A DNA stretch of 64,000 nucleotides, taken from positions 2,845,135-2,909,134 of the forward strand of contig OZ241335.1 of the NCBI GenBank assembly GCA_965200325.1, written 5' to 3'. Positions 62,526-64,000 of this stretch are shown in pieces. Positions within the stretch are counted from its first letter, which is position 1; each line of letters opens with the position of its first letter. The DNA comes from Phototrophicaceae bacterium (GTDB taxonomy: Bacteria > Chloroflexota > Anaerolineae > Aggregatilineales > Phototrophicaceae). The notes under the pieces were generated by a model. That model saw nothing but the letters and a program-made list of their open reading frames with translations, did no database searches and had not been told where the DNA came from. The position numbers and the translations under genes are program-made.

Positions 62526-63293
62526 ATGTCAGTGGTAACCGCCGAGCAGGCCAAACAATATCAGCGCGAGGGTTATTTCATTTTAGAAGCCGTCATCCCG
62601 CCGCAGGTACTCGCCGCGCTGCGCGCCGAGTGCATGCGCCATATCGCTGACTATGACCGCGAGATGGAGGCGAAAGGCATCAAAACGCAAGGCATCACGC
62701 ATTATAAAAAGCGCTACTTCATCAGCAACCGCAGCGCCAGCAGCCCGATTATGACCGAATTTCTCTTTAGCGACTTGATGGCGGAGATTTGCCGCGCCAC
62801 CCTCGGCGATGAGGCTTACCTCTTCAATGAACAGTATGTGGTCAAAGCGGCCGACACCGATTCTAAGTTCGCCTGGCACCAGGATTCGGGTTATGTCGGG
62901 CATTATCATCGCGCCTATCTGTCTTGCTGGTGCGCCTTGGATGATATGAGCATTGAGAATGGCACGGTCTACATCCTGCCCTACCAGCGCGATGGCCGCA
63001 ATTCGACCGACGAGATTATTGACCATACCGTCGAAGCTCGGACGAATGACAAGGTCGGCTATCATGGGACGGATCCAGGCGAGCCGGCGATTGTGCCAGC
63101 CGGCAGCATCGTCGTCTTCAGCAGCCGCACCTTCCACCGCAGCGGCGCTAATACGACCGACACTTATCGGCGCAGCTATCTGGCGCAGTATTCGCCCGAG
63201 CCAATTATGTCCAAAGACGGCAGCCATTTGTGGAATCGCGCCGAGCCAGTTCTGCGGGCTGGGCAGCCGGCCGGCGCGCCTGCGGCTGGCTAG
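62526..63293 (+). CDS. Phytanoyl-CoA dioxygenase (PhyH) family Fe(II)/2-oxoglutarate oxygenase
   Basis: 255 aa. WHQDSGY (H-x-D) and distal FHRSGAN histidine. RBS AAAGGAGGAG. Confidence 0.75.
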   Translation: MSVVTAEQAKQYQREGYFILEAVIPPQVLAALRAECMRHIADYDREMEAKGIKTQGITHYKKRYFISNRSASSPIMTEFLFSDLMAEICRATLGDEAYLFNEQYVVKAADTDSKFAWHQDSGYVGHYHRAYLSCWCALDDMSIENGTVYILPYQRDGRNSTDEIIDHTVEARTNDKVGYHGTDPGEPAIVPAGSIVVFSSRTFHRSGANTTDTYRRSYLAQYSPEPIMSKDGSHLWNRAEPVLRAGQPAGAPAAG

Positions 63294-63304
63294 GCGCCCA
63301 TTCT

Positions 63305-64000
63305 ATGACCTTCACCATTCAGGCCACGCCGCTCAGGCGCTTGAGCCGCGACATCCTCGCCGCATTGGGGACGCCCGCCGACATCGCCAGCGCCGTCGCC
63401 GAATCGCTGGTGCTGACCAATCTTTTAGGTCACGACTCGCATGGCGTCTTGCGGGTGAAGCAATATGCCACGATGATTCGGACGGATATGATCCAGCCGG
63501 CGGCGCGCCCGCGCCTCAAAAAGCGCTTTGGCGCTACGGCGATGGTAAGGGGCGCTTATGGTTTTGGGCAGATTGGCGCGCGCTATGCGGCAAAAGTCGC
63601 CATCGAATTGGGCGAGCAATTTGGCATCGGCGCTGTCTCGCTCGGGCAGACGACGCATATCGGGCGACTCGGCGAATATACGCAGCTGATTGCCGCCGCC
63701 GGTCTCATCGGCATCGGCTTCACCAGCGGCACAATGTACCGCGGCTGGGTCGCGCCTTATGGCGGGCGCGAGCGCGTCTTTGGCACAAATCCGATGTCCT
63801 TCGCCGTGCCAAGCGCCAATGGCAGCGCGCTGCTGCTGGATTTTGCCACGGCTGGCTTGGCGCATGGCAAGGTGGTCTTGGCACAGGCTAAAGGCGAACC
63901 GACGCCGCCGGGCTTGCTGCTAGACAAGCATGGCCACCCGACAACCGATGCCAGCCTCTTAGACGACGGCGCGGTCTTGCTGGCTATGGGCGCGCATAAA
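63305..64000 (+). CDS. Ldh_2 family malate/L-lactate/ureidoglycolate-type dehydrogenase (partial, 3' end off window)
   Basis: Own translation from ATG 63305: MTFTIQATPL...LLGHDSHGVLRVKQY...FGTNPMSFAVP. Open to the window end. The out-of-frame track ORF 62953..63891 is not the gene. Confidence 0.75.
   Translation, partial: MTFTIQATPLRRLSRDILAALGTPADIASAVAESLVLTNLLGHDSHGVLRVKQYATMIRTDMIQPAARPRLKKRFGATAMVRGAYGFGQIGARYAAKVAIELGEQFGIGAVSLGQTTHIGRLGEYTQLIAAAGLIGIGFTSGTMYRGWVAPYGGRERVFGTNPMSFAVPSANGSALLLDFATAGLAHGKVVLAQAKGEPTPPGLLLDKHGHPTTDASLLDDGAVLLAMGAHK

Overview
A chromosomal window of roughly 60% GC (judged by eye), gene-dense, with about 65 believable CDS, 4 tRNAs, and no rRNA or CRISPR array. 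I tentatively read the gene content as an aerobic Chloroflexota-like bacterium; that placement is inference only.

Housekeeping content:
- A caa3-type cytochrome c oxidase operon.
- sdhCD-sdhA-sdhB.
- The conserved block tRNA-Thr/Tyr/Thr - rpmG - tRNA-Trp - secE - nusG - rplK - rplA.
- mutS2, PBP2, holA, holB, efp, rsmA, msrA, rluD, galE, rmuC, cobS/cobU and eda.
- A bacterial Elp3 homologue, a GH13 amylase, and a sulfatase with a distant anSME maturase.

Accessory, visibly more AT-rich islets:
- A RelE-like toxin-antitoxin pair (8.0-8.7 kb).
- A translationally coupled tandem array of Mrr-like (wH + Mrr_cat) paralogues (14.6-17.3 kb).
- A membrane protein - methyltransferase - endonuclease R-M operon (26.2-29.0 kb).
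- Two tandem HsdR_N-type PD-(D/E)xK / DUF4357-like paralogues (51.7-53.8 kb).
- A decayed vapBC remnant (19.8-20.1 kb).

The strongest signal not explained by genes is a dense family of nested-palindrome, MITE/REP-like intergenic elements. There are at least 8 copies of 120-300 bp. They share termini, GC hairpins with AAGCTT at the apex, and a canonical G-quadruplex motif (GGGGAGGGGCCGGGGGTGGGG).

Several genes are interrupted. cobU and one HsdR_N-like gene carry frameshifts. One Mrr-like gene and the other HsdR_N-like gene each carry a single in-frame TAA. There is also a tandem segmental duplication (GH13 3' end + VOC gene).

Everything was done by eye without tools. Repeat boundaries are accurate to about +/-5-10 nt, and family assignments rest on remembered motifs.
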